From NCBI GenBank assembly GCA_964012435.1, contig CAXGSM010000001.1:64001-128000 (forward strand): DNA of 64,000 nt, in the 5' to 3' direction. This stretch comes from an uncultured bacterium (GTDB lineage: Bacteria; UBP7; UBA6624). A model generated the notes under the pieces. That model saw nothing but the letters and a program-made list of their open reading frames with translations, was not told where the DNA came from and searched no databases. This document shows, one piece after another, positions 47,352 through 57,030 of the stretch. The translations under genes were made by a program, and so were the position numbers. Numbering within the stretch: the first letter of the stretch is position 1; each line of letters opens with the position of its first letter.

Positions 47352-48911
47352 CTATTCCCATTCAATAGTTGATGGTGGTTTTGTTGACACATCATACACG
47401 CAACGATTTATTCCGTTCACCTCATTCATTATCCTGCTTGACATTTTTCTTATAAGGCTCCATGGGAGCTCTGGAAAGTCACATGTCATGCCATCAACAC
47501 TTGTTACTGCTCTTATCGCACATAAATGTTCATAAGTTCTGCCATCACCCATTACCCCTACTGTTTTCAGGTCCGTAAGAACTGCAAAGTATTGCCAAAC
47601 TTCTTCTTCAAGTATTGTGCCTTCTATTTCTTTTCTTACTATTTCGTCAGCTTCCTGCAGAATCTTTAATTTTTCATCAGTTATTTCACCGATAATCCTT
47701 ATCGCAAGGCCAGGACCAGGAAAAGGTTGTCTGTATGCCATTTCTTCTGGTATCCCTATCTCGATAGCAACCTTTCTGACTTCATCTTTGAAAAAATACC
47801 TCAAAGGTTCAACCAATTTAAACTTCATGTCTTCAGGAAGTCCGCCAACATTGTGATGAGTCTTTATTGTTGAGCTAGGCCCCCCTTTGGGGTGAGAGGA
47901 TTCGATTACATCAGGGTAAAGTGTTCCTTGTGCAAGGTACTTTATATCTTGTCTTTCTTTTGAGAAATTTTCAAAAACTCTTATGAAGGATTCTCCAATT
48001 ATTTTTCTTTTTTTCTCTGGATCCGTTATCCCCTTTAGCTTTGACAGAAACAGTTCTGACGCGTCAATTACATTTAATTCAATATTGAAGAACTTAAATG
48101 CGTTTTCAACCTCTTCTCTTTCGCTTTTTCTGAGCAAGCCATGATCTATAAAAACACATGTAAGATTGTCTCCAATCGCTTTATGTATTAGTACTGCTGT
48201 CGTTACGCTGTCTACACCACCAGAAAGAGCACATAAAACTTTTTCATTTTTAACTTCTTTTTTAATATTTCTAATTGACATTTTGCTTATTGACTCAGGG
48301 GTCCATGTTTGACTGCAGCCTGCCACTTCTGAGGTGAAATTTTCAAGCAGGTCCTTTCCCCAAACTGTATGTGTCACCTCTGCATGAAATTGAATTCCAT
48401 AAAGCTTTTTCTTTTTATTTTCAAAGGATGCAACAGGTATATTTTTTGATCTTGCTAACGTCTCAAAACCTTCAGGAAGCCCTTTTACAAGGTCCTTGTG
48501 GCTCATCCAGCATACAAGATCTTCTTGAAGGCCTTTGAAAAGATTGCTTTCTTTCGTGATGTTGATCTGAGTGCTTCCATATTCACTTTTGTCTCCAGGC
48601 TCAACAATTCCACCCATTTCCTTTGCCATAAGTTGCATTCCATAACATATTCCAAGCATAGGTATTCCTAAATTCCAAATTTCTTTATCAATGTTGGGGG
48701 AATTCTTTTCGTGAACAGATTCTGGACCTCCTGAAAGTATTATTGCCTTAGGAGATCTTTCAATAATCTCTTTTGCAGAAATGCTATGTGGCTTTATTTC
48801 ACAATATATATTTTGTTCTCTTATTCTCCTTGCTATCAGCCTTGCGTATTGAGCTCCAAAGTCAATAATGATAACCAGATCGTCTATTGGTTTTTTAGCC
48901 TGGTTTTTCAT
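47352..48911 (-). CDS. guaA: GMP synthase (glutamine-hydrolysing)
   Basis: DFGAQY, GICYGMQ, SGGVDS, IKTHHNVGG, PFPGPGL and KPPSTIEWE motifs. Confidence 0.97.
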   Translation of the reverse strand: MKNQAKKPIDDLVIIIDFGAQYARLIARRIREQNIYCEIKPHSISAKEIIERSPKAIILSGGPESVHEKNSPNIDKEIWNLGIPMLGICYGMQLMAKEMGGIVEPGDKSEYGSTQINITKESNLFKGLQEDLVCWMSHKDLVKGLPEGFETLARSKNIPVASFENKKKKLYGIQFHAEVTHTVWGKDLLENFTSEVAGCSQTWTPESISKMSIRNIKKEVKNEKVLCALSGGVDSVTTAVLIHKAIGDNLTCVFIDHGLLRKSEREEVENAFKFFNIELNVIDASELFLSKLKGITDPEKKRKIIGESFIRVFENFSKERQDIKYLAQGTLYPDVIESSHPKGGPSSTIKTHHNVGGLPEDMKFKLVEPLRYFFKDEVRKVAIEIGIPEEMAYRQPFPGPGLAIRIIGEITDEKLKILQEADEIVRKEIEGTILEEEVWQYFAVLTDLKTVGVMGDGRTYEHLCAIRAVTSVDGMTCDFPELPWSLIRKMSSRIMNEVNGINRCVYDVSTKPPSTIEWE

Positions 48912-50065
48912 TTAGCCTGGCCAACACCATCTACAAATTGATAATGTTTGCCTTCATCTTTTAATGATGGGCAGTGAACCACAGTTGCTTTTTGCATCTC
49001 TTGAATGTTCATGGCTCCCACCATACCCATAGAGTTTTTTAAGCCTCCTACCAGATTTAATGTGCCATCATCTCTATCACTCGGGCCAAAAAATAATTTT
49101 TCAAGTTCAACCATGTTTTTTACAGAAACTCTTGTCCCTCTTGGTAAATTAGGGTCTTGTGTCGCCATTCCCCAATGATATCCTTCTCCAGGGGTTTCTT
49201 TTAAGCCGCTAAAGCAGCTTCCCAGCATTACTGCATCTGCACCAGAAGCAATAGCTTTTGATATTTCTCCCCCTTTCCTCATGCCTCCATCAGTAATTAT
49301 GGATACATATTTTCCTGTTTTTTCAAAATGAACATCTCTTGCCTTGCAGCAGGACATTGTTGCTGTAACTTGTCCAACCCCTACGCCAGTCACAGCTCTT
49401 GTAGTGCATGCTGCTCCAGGACCAATACCAACCAATATTCCAGCAGGCCCTGTTTGCATAAGCTCATAGGCTACATCCTGGGTTACACAATTTCCTAAAA
49501 CAACAGGAATTTCTATTCTCTCTATAAAGTCTTTAATGTTCAAAGATATTTTGCCCCTATGGCGAGAACTTATTACTGTTGCTTGTATGAAAATGATATC
49601 AGCACCTGCATCTCTGGCCAAGAATCCCAGCCTTTCTGCATTTGCTGGTGTTACGCTAACAGCTGCGTCAATTCCTCTATTTTTTAATTCTTGCACCCTT
49701 AGCGACACGAGCTCTTCCTTTATTGGTTCAGCGTAAAATTTTTGAATCACCTTTATAGCTTCTTGCGAGTTGCATGAGGTTATTTCATTAAAGGCTTCAG
49801 TTGGATTTTCGTATTTTGTTTGCAGTCCTTCAAGGTTTAAAACCCCCATTGATCCAACTTCAGATAATCTTGAAGCAAAATTAACATCAACAGCTGAGTC
49901 CATGGCGCTTGCAATTATTGGAATTTTTAATTTTGATTTCCCAAATTTTACAGAGGTGTCAACATCTTTTGGGTCTAGAGTGCTTACCCCTGGGAGTATC
50001 GAAACATCATCAAAACCATAAGTTGATTGAAGTTGTGGTAAGAAGCTTTCCTTTAAGTTTTCCAT
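48908..50065 (-). CDS. GuaB3-family IMP dehydrogenase-related protein
   Basis: YGFDDV...PG..T.DP, ASAMD, GVLNLEG, GIGPGAACTTR and HWGMAT....LPRGTR motifs; no CBS domains. Confidence 0.9.
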   Translation of the reverse strand: MENLKESFLPQLQSTYGFDDVSILPGVSTLDPKDVDTSVKFGKSKLKIPIIASAMDSAVDVNFASRLSEVGSMGVLNLEGLQTKYENPTEAFNEITSCNSQEAIKVIQKFYAEPIKEELVSLRVQELKNRGIDAAVSVTPANAERLGFLARDAGADIIFIQATVISSRHRGKISLNIKDFIERIEIPVVLGNCVTQDVAYELMQTGPAGILVGIGPGAACTTRAVTGVGVGQVTATMSCCKARDVHFEKTGKYVSIITDGGMRKGGEISKAIASGADAVMLGSCFSGLKETPGEGYHWGMATQDPNLPRGTRVSVKNMVELEKLFFGPSDRDDGTLNLVGGLKNSMGMVGAMNIQEMQKATVVHCPSLKDEGKHYQFVDGVGQAK

Positions 50066-50084
50066 ATTTATAAAAATCCGAGAC

Positions 50085-50112
50085 GCACTTGCTCTTGTTT
50101 TTGGGCAAGTGC
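50085..50112. promoter_or_regulatory. Stem-loop in the leader of the guaB3-guaA operon
   Basis: GCACTTGCTC-N8-GGGCAAGTGC lies 20 nt upstream of the guaB3 ATG and downstream of a minus-strand TATAAT. Confidence 0.45.
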
Positions 50113-50138
50113 TATGATTTTCTAGATTATATATTGAT

Positions 50139-51215
50139 TTAGTTTAAATCCAAAATAAATATATCCCAATTCCAGTGTTGTTCGTGACTGGTTGCAATTA
50201 TTGCAATTTTTTTTCTATCAGGACTGATTTTAATGTTTTTGAGCTTATCCATTTTTGCTATAGTTTCAAAATTTTGATTTTCAATATTCCATTTTGTAAG
50301 ATGTATTTGATTTGTTTGTACATTGATTGATGAGTTGATCCAGTTTTGTTCATCTAGCGCCCATTGGTATACCTGCATGAAGTGACCTTCTTCAGCCTCA
50401 AAGCATGCTGTTTCAATTTCAGCAGAGGGTTTAATGCTGCAGAATTTTTGACTTGCTTGACTGTTTTCTTTTGGATTCATTCTCCATCCAATATTCATTC
50501 CACCATATACTCCAATGGTGTAAATTTTTGTCCATGGAAGCAGTGTGACTGCTGCCTTACCGTGTTTAATTATTTTTAATTGACTCTCATTAATTTTTGT
50601 TTCTAGCACAATTAAATTTGAATGTTTATCATTGGCAAAGTCTACAATTTTTACGCCTTCTTTTGCTGAGTATATGGTTTCTGTAATTTTTCCTGTTGTT
50701 TTTTTGATTGCGTTGCTTTCTAGATAGTAGATGGATTTTTTAGATGATTTTACTGGTTGTATTTTGTTTTTAAGTAGATAAGTTTCATTGTCAACCCAAC
50801 CTCTAATCCAAAGTTTTTTATCTTCTGTCCATGCGATTTCTTTGGCTGTAATTTTGTTTTGAGATTCTGCAATAATTTTTTCTTGCCCTATCTCTCCATA
50901 CCATACAAGGCTTGAGCCCGGCATTTTTTCATCTATCCAAAGTATTTTGTTATCGTTTGTTGAAAGTATTTCGCCAATTGATTTTTTAGAAAAAGAAATG
51001 CCGTTTTTGTTTATGTCGACATGTTTAATCATTTTTTCAAACGGAGGAAAAGAGTTTTCTTCTAGGAATATAAAATTTTCATTATCGAGCCAATTTAAAT
51101 TTTCAACATCTAAACCTTGCCCCCATGGTCCGGCTATTTCATATTTGCTTTCTATCTTGCTTGATTGAAAGGCAGTTGTGAACATTAAAAACAGAATGTA
51201 AATTTCTTTTTTCAT
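50139..51215 (-). CDS. Hypothetical exported protein, possibly beta-propeller (TolB-like)
   Basis: Signal-like N-terminus; Trp-spaced strands and C-terminal ISPDRKKIA. Confidence 0.55.
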   Translation of the reverse strand: MKKEIYILFLMFTTAFQSSKIESKYEIAGPWGQGLDVENLNWLDNENFIFLEENSFPPFEKMIKHVDINKNGISFSKKSIGEILSTNDNKILWIDEKMPGSSLVWYGEIGQEKIIAESQNKITAKEIAWTEDKKLWIRGWVDNETYLLKNKIQPVKSSKKSIYYLESNAIKKTTGKITETIYSAKEGVKIVDFANDKHSNLIVLETKINESQLKIIKHGKAAVTLLPWTKIYTIGVYGGMNIGWRMNPKENSQASQKFCSIKPSAEIETACFEAEEGHFMQVYQWALDEQNWINSSINVQTNQIHLTKWNIENQNFETIAKMDKLKNIKISPDRKKIAIIATSHEQHWNWDIFILDLN

Positions 51216-51242
51216 ATGATAGATATGATACTATTATCAGCC

Positions 51243-54200
51243 ATGTCTTTCTCTCATTTACATTTGCACACAGAATACTCAGTTCTTGATGGTGTATGCT
51301 CCCCGAAAGAAATTTTAACCTATGCAAAAGAATGCGGTCAAAAATCAATAGCAATTACTGATCATGGTGTGATGTATGGCGTGCCATCCTTTGTTAGGGA
51401 GGCTCGTAACTTGGGCCTGAAGCCTTTGATTGGATGTGAGGCTTATATTTATGATGATTTTGAATTTCATGACAGAGGTAGAGAAACCATAAAATCAAAC
51501 CATATAACACTTTTGGCAATGAATAAAAAAGGTTATTCAAATCTTTCAAAACTTACAACAAAAGCTCATCTTGAAGGTTTTTATAGAAATCCTAGAATAA
51601 ATCTTAGCTGGCTTGCAGAAAAGAATGAAGGGATAATAGTTCTTTCTGGCTGCATTCAAGGGATTCTGTCAAGAGCTATTATTGATGGAAATTTAACTCA
51701 TGCTGAAAATCGTATTGACTGGTTTAAGGATGTTTTTGGAGATAGGTTTTTCCTTGAGGTCATGAATCATGGAATCGAGGAAGAAGCTCTTATCGCTAAG
51801 CAGCTTATTGAGTATGGTAAAAAGAAAAAAATTAAAGTTGTAGCGACGAATGATGTTCATTTTTTAAAAAAGGGCGATCATGTTGTCCAAGATCTTCTTT
51901 TGGCGATAAGAAGCAATCAATTGATTGATGATCCGACAAGGTTTAGGGCAAAGTGGTCCAATCTGCATCTTTCAACAGAATCTGAAATGTTAAAGCTCTT
52001 TAAAGGCAATGAAGAGTGTGTAGGAAATACAAACCTTGTGTCAGACATGATTGATGATTTTTCAGACATTTTCTCAAATGCAAAACCAATATTTCCTGTT
52101 GTTCAGGTTCCTCAAGCATATAAAAGTTCAAATGATTATTTGAGGCATCTTGCTGAAGAAGGTTTGAAAAAGAGGTATCAGGATAATATCGAAGAAGCAA
52201 AATTGCGGCTGGAGAAAGAAATGAATGTAATAGAGGAGCTTGGTTACCCTGATTATTTCTTGGCTGTAAGGGATTATGTTAAATATGCTAAAGATAATGA
52301 TATTCCAGTTGGGCCCGGAAGAGGATCTGGTGCTGGATGTCTTGTTGCTTATTGCTTGGACATAACAACTATAGATCCTCTTAAGTATGGTTTGATCTTT
52401 GAAAGGTTTTTAAACAAGGGAAGAAAATCTTTACCTGATATAGATATGGATTTTTGCACAATGGGAAGAGATGATGTTATTAGGTATATCAGAGAGAAAA
52501 ATGGAACAAAAAAAGTATCTCAAATTATTACTTTCAACAGGCTAAAAGGAAAACTTGCTTTTAGAGATATAGCAAGGCTTTCAGGGATTCCAGAGCCCCG
52601 TTTTAGCTTGGTTGCAAAAGCTTTATCTGATGGAGAGAGCTTGCAGGAGGCTTCAGCGAACAACATTATTAAAGATATTGTTAACAGAGATCCTGAATGC
52701 GAAAATGCTTTGGAGAAAGCAACATTGATAGAAAATACTATCAGGAATAAAGGTGTGCATGCAGCAGGTTTGGTAATTTCGAATGAAAATCTTTCTGGAC
52801 TGGTTCCTTTGGCTAGGGGAAAAAATGGAGAAGTTGTAAGCCAGTATGAAATGGGAGATCTTGAAAATATGGGCTTGGTCAAGATGGATATTTTAGGCAT
52901 AAGAAATTTAACATTTTTAAACGAGGCGCAGAAAAAAATTAAATCAAATGGGCATGAATGTAATATATATGACCTTAGTGATAAAGAATATGATAAAAAA
53001 ACTTATCGATTGCTTGCAAAAGGGCATACGGATGGTGTTTTTCAGTTTGAGTCATCAACAGCTGTTGGCCTTTTGAAGAAGATTAAACCTAAGTCAATAG
53101 AGGATTTAGCTGTGATAAATGCTTTAAACAGGCCCGGTCCTCTCAATTCTGGCCTAGCTGACAGTTATGTAAAGAGAAAACTTGGCAAAGAAAAACCATT
53201 ACCCCCCCATCCTGCTTTGGAAGAGGTTCTAAAAGAGACCTTGGGAGTTATGGTTTACCAGGAGCAGGTCATGAGGATAGCTCAAGAGCTTTCAGGTTAT
53301 TCTTTAATTGAAGCAGATGACCTCAGAAAGGCTATGGGTAAAAAAATTGAATCATTAATGAAAACACAAAAGAAAAGATTTATTGATGGTGCAAAGAAAG
53401 TTGGAAAAATCAACAGAGCAGAAGCTTCAAAGATATTTAGCCAGATAGAAGAGTTTGCACAGTATGGTTTTCCGAAATCACACTCCGTTGCATATTCAGT
53501 TATAGGTTTTCAATGTGCTTTTTTAAAAGCTCATTTTCCATCTTTTTTTCATGCAGCTTGGCTTTCAAGCTATGCAGGTAATGCTGACAAGGTTGGAGAT
53601 TGTGTTTCAAGGCTGATTAGCTGGGGGAAAAATGTTTTGCCACCTGATATAAACTCCAGTCAAGATTTGTTTAGTGTTAACAAAGAAAATCAAATAGTTT
53701 ATGGGCTTGCAAGCATTAGGAATGTTGGAGAAACAGCTGCGAGAGACATAGTTTCAGAAAGGAAAAAATCTGGAAACTTCTTAGATCTACAAGACTTTGT
53801 TACCCGTTGCCAAAAAATAGTTAACACCAGAGCTTGCGAAACTTTAGCGGCAGCAGGAGCTTTTGATATGTTCGGTCTTGACAGAAGGCATTTACAAGCA
53901 GTTATAAAAAATGTTTATAAAGAGGTTGAGCGATTATCAAGATACAAGGGTCAAAGTTCTCTTTTTGGAGAAAAAGTATTAGTTAATATTCCTCCTGTTG
54001 CAGATATTGATATGTCTGACATCCCATCCGTTTCTAAGCTTGAATTCAATGCTTTGGAATCATTTGTCACCACTTCTCCAATTTCAGAGAAACATCATGT
54101 CCTATTAGATATGGGCATTAAGAAATTAAGTAATTTAAAAACTGGATTAAAAGTTGACGTAATTGGTTATCTTTCTTCTTGCAAAATTAGAAAAACTTAT

Positions 54201-54638
54201 GCTGGAAAAAGATTCGCTGAGGGTGTGATTCAGGATAAGGGTTTTAGATTTCCTGTCTTTTTTTACGAAAGGTTTTTGGATCAGATTGATTCAAGCTATC
54301 TTGCTGATGGAGTTGTAGTTATAAGGGGTCGCAGCAGGAAAGGAAAGGATGGACAGGTAAATTTTTATGGAGAATATATTTGGCCTGAAGGTTTAGGTTA
54401 CCATCCTGAAGAAAACCTAATCGAACGACCTTTGAAAGAAAGTGTGGTGTTAGATATGAATGGTTTGTTGAAAAAGGAAAATCTGAGCTCTTTACAGGAC
54501 TTACTCAAAACTTTAAAGCCCGGTAATGTTGAAATTTATATAGATTTTGGTGATAAAAAATTCAGACTTAAAGACAAATATGATAAAAGTTGCAAAGAAA
54601 TACTTTCAAGTTGGAAAGAAAAGCTAGAAAAAAAATAG
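51243..54638 (+). CDS. dnaE: DNA polymerase III alpha subunit
   Basis: F.HLHLHTEYS.LDG, ITDHG, GPGRGSGAG, FERFLN..R...PDID.D and YGF.KSH motifs; no intein. Start at ATG 51243. Confidence 0.97.
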   Translation: MSFSHLHLHTEYSVLDGVCSPKEILTYAKECGQKSIAITDHGVMYGVPSFVREARNLGLKPLIGCEAYIYDDFEFHDRGRETIKSNHITLLAMNKKGYSNLSKLTTKAHLEGFYRNPRINLSWLAEKNEGIIVLSGCIQGILSRAIIDGNLTHAENRIDWFKDVFGDRFFLEVMNHGIEEEALIAKQLIEYGKKKKIKVVATNDVHFLKKGDHVVQDLLLAIRSNQLIDDPTRFRAKWSNLHLSTESEMLKLFKGNEECVGNTNLVSDMIDDFSDIFSNAKPIFPVVQVPQAYKSSNDYLRHLAEEGLKKRYQDNIEEAKLRLEKEMNVIEELGYPDYFLAVRDYVKYAKDNDIPVGPGRGSGAGCLVAYCLDITTIDPLKYGLIFERFLNKGRKSLPDIDMDFCTMGRDDVIRYIREKNGTKKVSQIITFNRLKGKLAFRDIARLSGIPEPRFSLVAKALSDGESLQEASANNIIKDIVNRDPECENALEKATLIENTIRNKGVHAAGLVISNENLSGLVPLARGKNGEVVSQYEMGDLENMGLVKMDILGIRNLTFLNEAQKKIKSNGHECNIYDLSDKEYDKKTYRLLAKGHTDGVFQFESSTAVGLLKKIKPKSIEDLAVINALNRPGPLNSGLADSYVKRKLGKEKPLPPHPALEEVLKETLGVMVYQEQVMRIAQELSGYSLIEADDLRKAMGKKIESLMKTQKKRFIDGAKKVGKINRAEASKIFSQIEEFAQYGFPKSHSVAYSVIGFQCAFLKAHFPSFFHAAWLSSYAGNADKVGDCVSRLISWGKNVLPPDINSSQDLFSVNKENQIVYGLASIRNVGETAARDIVSERKKSGNFLDLQDFVTRCQKIVNTRACETLAAAGAFDMFGLDRRHLQAVIKNVYKEVERLSRYKGQSSLFGEKVLVNIPPVADIDMSDIPSVSKLEFNALESFVTTSPISEKHHVLLDMGIKKLSNLKTGLKVDVIGYLSSCKIRKTYAGKRFAEGVIQDKGFRFPVFFYERFLDQIDSSYLADGVVVIRGRSRKGKDGQVNFYGEYIWPEGLGYHPEENLIERPLKESVVLDMNGLLKKENLSSLQDLLKTLKPGNVEIYIDFGDKKFRLKDKYDKSCKEILSSWKEKLEKK

Positions 54639-54649
54639 AATCGTTCTTT

Positions 54650-55489
54650 ATGGAAAATCAAAAAAACAAAAACCTTCCTGACCTCATGAGTCAAAAAGAC
54701 TCAAGAAAAGTGCCTATAAGTAAAGTTGGAATATCTAATTTAAAAGTTCCTTTAAGAGTTGGCAAGGCCAGTGGTTTAATTTGTGAAACTGTTGGTGTAT
54801 TTGATATGTCTGTTGGTCTAGAGGCATCAGAAAGAGGCACACACATGAGCAGGTTTTCAATTTTGTTAAATGATTTTGTTTCAAGCAATGAATGCTTGGA
54901 TTCCAAATCAATGGAATCTCTAACAAGGAAAATGAAAGATTACCTTGATAGTAAAAGTTCTTATATAAATGTTGAATTTAGTTATTTCAAAAAAATAGAA
55001 GCTCCAGTAACCTCCCTTGCAGGGATTGCCCCTTTTACAGCTGGATACAAAAGTTCAATTGATGAAAAGGGTAGCTTCTCGCTGAAGACATATGTGTCTG
55101 TCACGGGTCAAACATGCTGTCCTTGCTCTAAGGAGATTTCTGACTATGACGAAGAGACAAAGAAAGGCAGAGGCGCACATTCTCAACATGGCCATGTTTT
55201 TATAGAGGTTGAAAATGCACAAAGCCAGGATGTTTCAATAGATGCTTTGATTGATGTTGCTCAATCATCCTTGTCTGCCCCTTCGTATCCGATATTAAAA
55301 AGACAAGATGAAAGGGTTGCGACAATTTCAGCTTACGAAAACCCATGTTTTGTTGAAGATGTTATAAGGGGTTGCGCTATACGATTAAGAGAATTTCAAG
55401 GTATAGACAACTTTTATTTAGAGGTTGTCAATGATGAAGTTATTCATTTTCACAAAGCAAAAGCTTCACTTTATGAATCTTTAACTTGA
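54650..55489 (+). CDS. folE2: GTP cyclohydrolase IB (FolE2)
   Basis: I.KVGI, RGTHMSRF, APVT, T.CPCSKEIS, AH.Q, LKR.DE..........NP.FVED and E.IH.H motifs. Confidence 0.92.
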   Translation: MENQKNKNLPDLMSQKDSRKVPISKVGISNLKVPLRVGKASGLICETVGVFDMSVGLEASERGTHMSRFSILLNDFVSSNECLDSKSMESLTRKMKDYLDSKSSYINVEFSYFKKIEAPVTSLAGIAPFTAGYKSSIDEKGSFSLKTYVSVTGQTCCPCSKEISDYDEETKKGRGAHSQHGHVFIEVENAQSQDVSIDALIDVAQSSLSAPSYPILKRQDERVATISAYENPCFVEDVIRGCAIRLREFQGIDNFYLEVVNDEVIHFHKAKASLYESLT

Positions 55490-56056
55490 TTCATTTATTC
55501 TTTTTGCCTTAAGGTATTCATGAGGTTTGTTCATTTCGTAATTAATCCAATCATCTTGAACTTTCAAAACAGTTTTTTTTTGCTGCCCCACCCAATCTCT
55601 AAGAGGAGTATTTGAATTTATTTTTTTTAAACTATTTATCAGGTTTGAACCTACAAGAATAGGATGTCCCCCTTTGTTGTTTGAACTCGGACAAACAATA
55701 GAATCGTGATCATAATTGTTTATTATTTTCTTAATTGTTTCGGTATTAACCAATGGATAATCAACAGGCCAGATAAGACACCCATTTCCTCTTTCCATCA
55801 AGGATAGCCCTTTTTTTATAGACAATGACCTTAGATTATTTTTTTCATTTGTTGCAATTTTTTCCAAACCAGTTGCTTGCTTTATCTTTAACTTGTTTCT
55901 TCCGGCAACAGCAATTATGTTCACTATCTTAGACTCACTAGTTTTTTTTAAAATTAGATTGATTGCTTTTTCCCCATTGAAGTCAAGAAAAGTTTTATCT
56001 TCACCCATTCTGGTTGAAATTCCGGCACAAAGTATTATTGCGGATATTTTTATCAC
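55481..56056 (-). CDS. MocA-like molybdenum cofactor cytidylyltransferase (NTP_transf_3)
   Basis: ILCAG.S.RMG..K, S.K.GL, PVD.P and GHP motifs; last gene of the molybdoenzyme operon. Confidence 0.8.
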   Translation of the reverse strand: MIKISAIILCAGISTRMGEDKTFLDFNGEKAINLILKKTSESKIVNIIAVAGRNKLKIKQATGLEKIATNEKNNLRSLSIKKGLSLMERGNGCLIWPVDYPLVNTETIKKIINNYDHDSIVCPSSNNKGGHPILVGSNLINSLKKINSNTPLRDWVGQQKKTVLKVQDDWINYEMNKPHEYLKAKRINESS

Positions 56057-57030
56057 TATGAATTAGTTAATCTTTTTAAAAGTCTTCTGCATAGCACTCC
56101 AACCATTTTTTTCCTATAACTTACAGGCATGGTTAGATTGTTGTATGGTTGAGCTTTTTTTTGAATCTTTTCAGAAATTTCTTCAATAATTGAATTTGAA
56201 ATTTTTTCACCCACGAATGCATTTGTTGTATCTTTATTTATTATTGGATAGGTTCCTATCGCGCCTAAAACAATATTCATATCTTCAATTTTTTTATCTT
56301 TATTAATCTTAAGTGCTGCAGCAACCGAAACTAATGGGTAATCAAATGTGTCTCTAACTCTGATTTTTTCATATCCTGTTTTTAAGTCCATAGTTCTTTT
56401 TGGTATTTTGATCCTTGTGATTATCTCAGATTCATCCTTGAAGTTTCTTTTGATTCCATCATGGGTGTAAAAATCACCAGATTTAACTATGCGCTTACCG
56501 CTTTTTCCTTCTAGTTCATATTTTGCATCAACCGCAACAAGCATTGGTGCAGAATCACTTGAGAAAGTCGCAACACAGTATTCTTTTTGAGGAATGACCC
56601 TGCATTCGTCTGCTTCTGCTTTCAGGCATGAACCCAAAGAGGTTCTCCAAAAGGGTGTTTGGTTATAGAAATAACATCTATTGTCTATAAGCACATTTCC
56701 ACCAATCGTTGCAGTTTTTCTGACAAGAATGCTGCCAACCTGACTGCAAGCTTCAATCAAGCCAGGAAAATTGCTTTGTAAGATTTTGCTTTTTGATATC
56801 TCATCAAGAGTCACCATCGCTCCAATATTAAAATCCTTAATAGAAGTGGTTTCTTTAATGTTTTTAAGGCTGATTAAATGAGGTTTAACATTGAGTCGAT
56901 TTTTGTAATTTTGAAGCAAGTCTGTTCCTCCAGAAACATAATCAAAACCTTCATTTTTAACCTTCTGACTTATTTCTATCGCCTCTTTGATAGAGTTTGG
57001 ATTATGAAGTTCAAAAGGTGGTAATATCAT
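56056..57030 (-). CDS. Xanthine-dehydrogenase-family FAD subunit with 4-Cys [4Fe-4S] insertion (HcrB-like)
   Basis: SGGTDL, ATIGGN and the insertion RCYFYNQ..FWR.....CLK.....C........C....SD. Confidence 0.85.
   Translation of the reverse strand: MILPPFELHNPNSIKEAIEISQKVKNEGFDYVSGGTDLLQNYKNRLNVKPHLISLKNIKETTSIKDFNIGAMVTLDEISKSKILQSNFPGLIEACSQVGSILVRKTATIGGNVLIDNRCYFYNQTPFWRTSLGSCLKAEADECRVIPQKEYCVATFSSDSAPMLVAVDAKYELEGKSGKRIVKSGDFYTHDGIKRNFKDESEIITRIKIPKRTMDLKTGYEKIRVRDTFDYPLVSVAAALKINKDKKIEDMNIVLGAIGTYPIINKDTTNAFVGEKISNSIIEEISEKIQKKAQPYNNLTMPVSYRKKMVGVLCRRLLKRLTNS

Noticed and set aside
51243..54638. Intein or split in DnaE
   Set aside because: Normal length and continuous motifs, with no intein splice-junction signatures seen.
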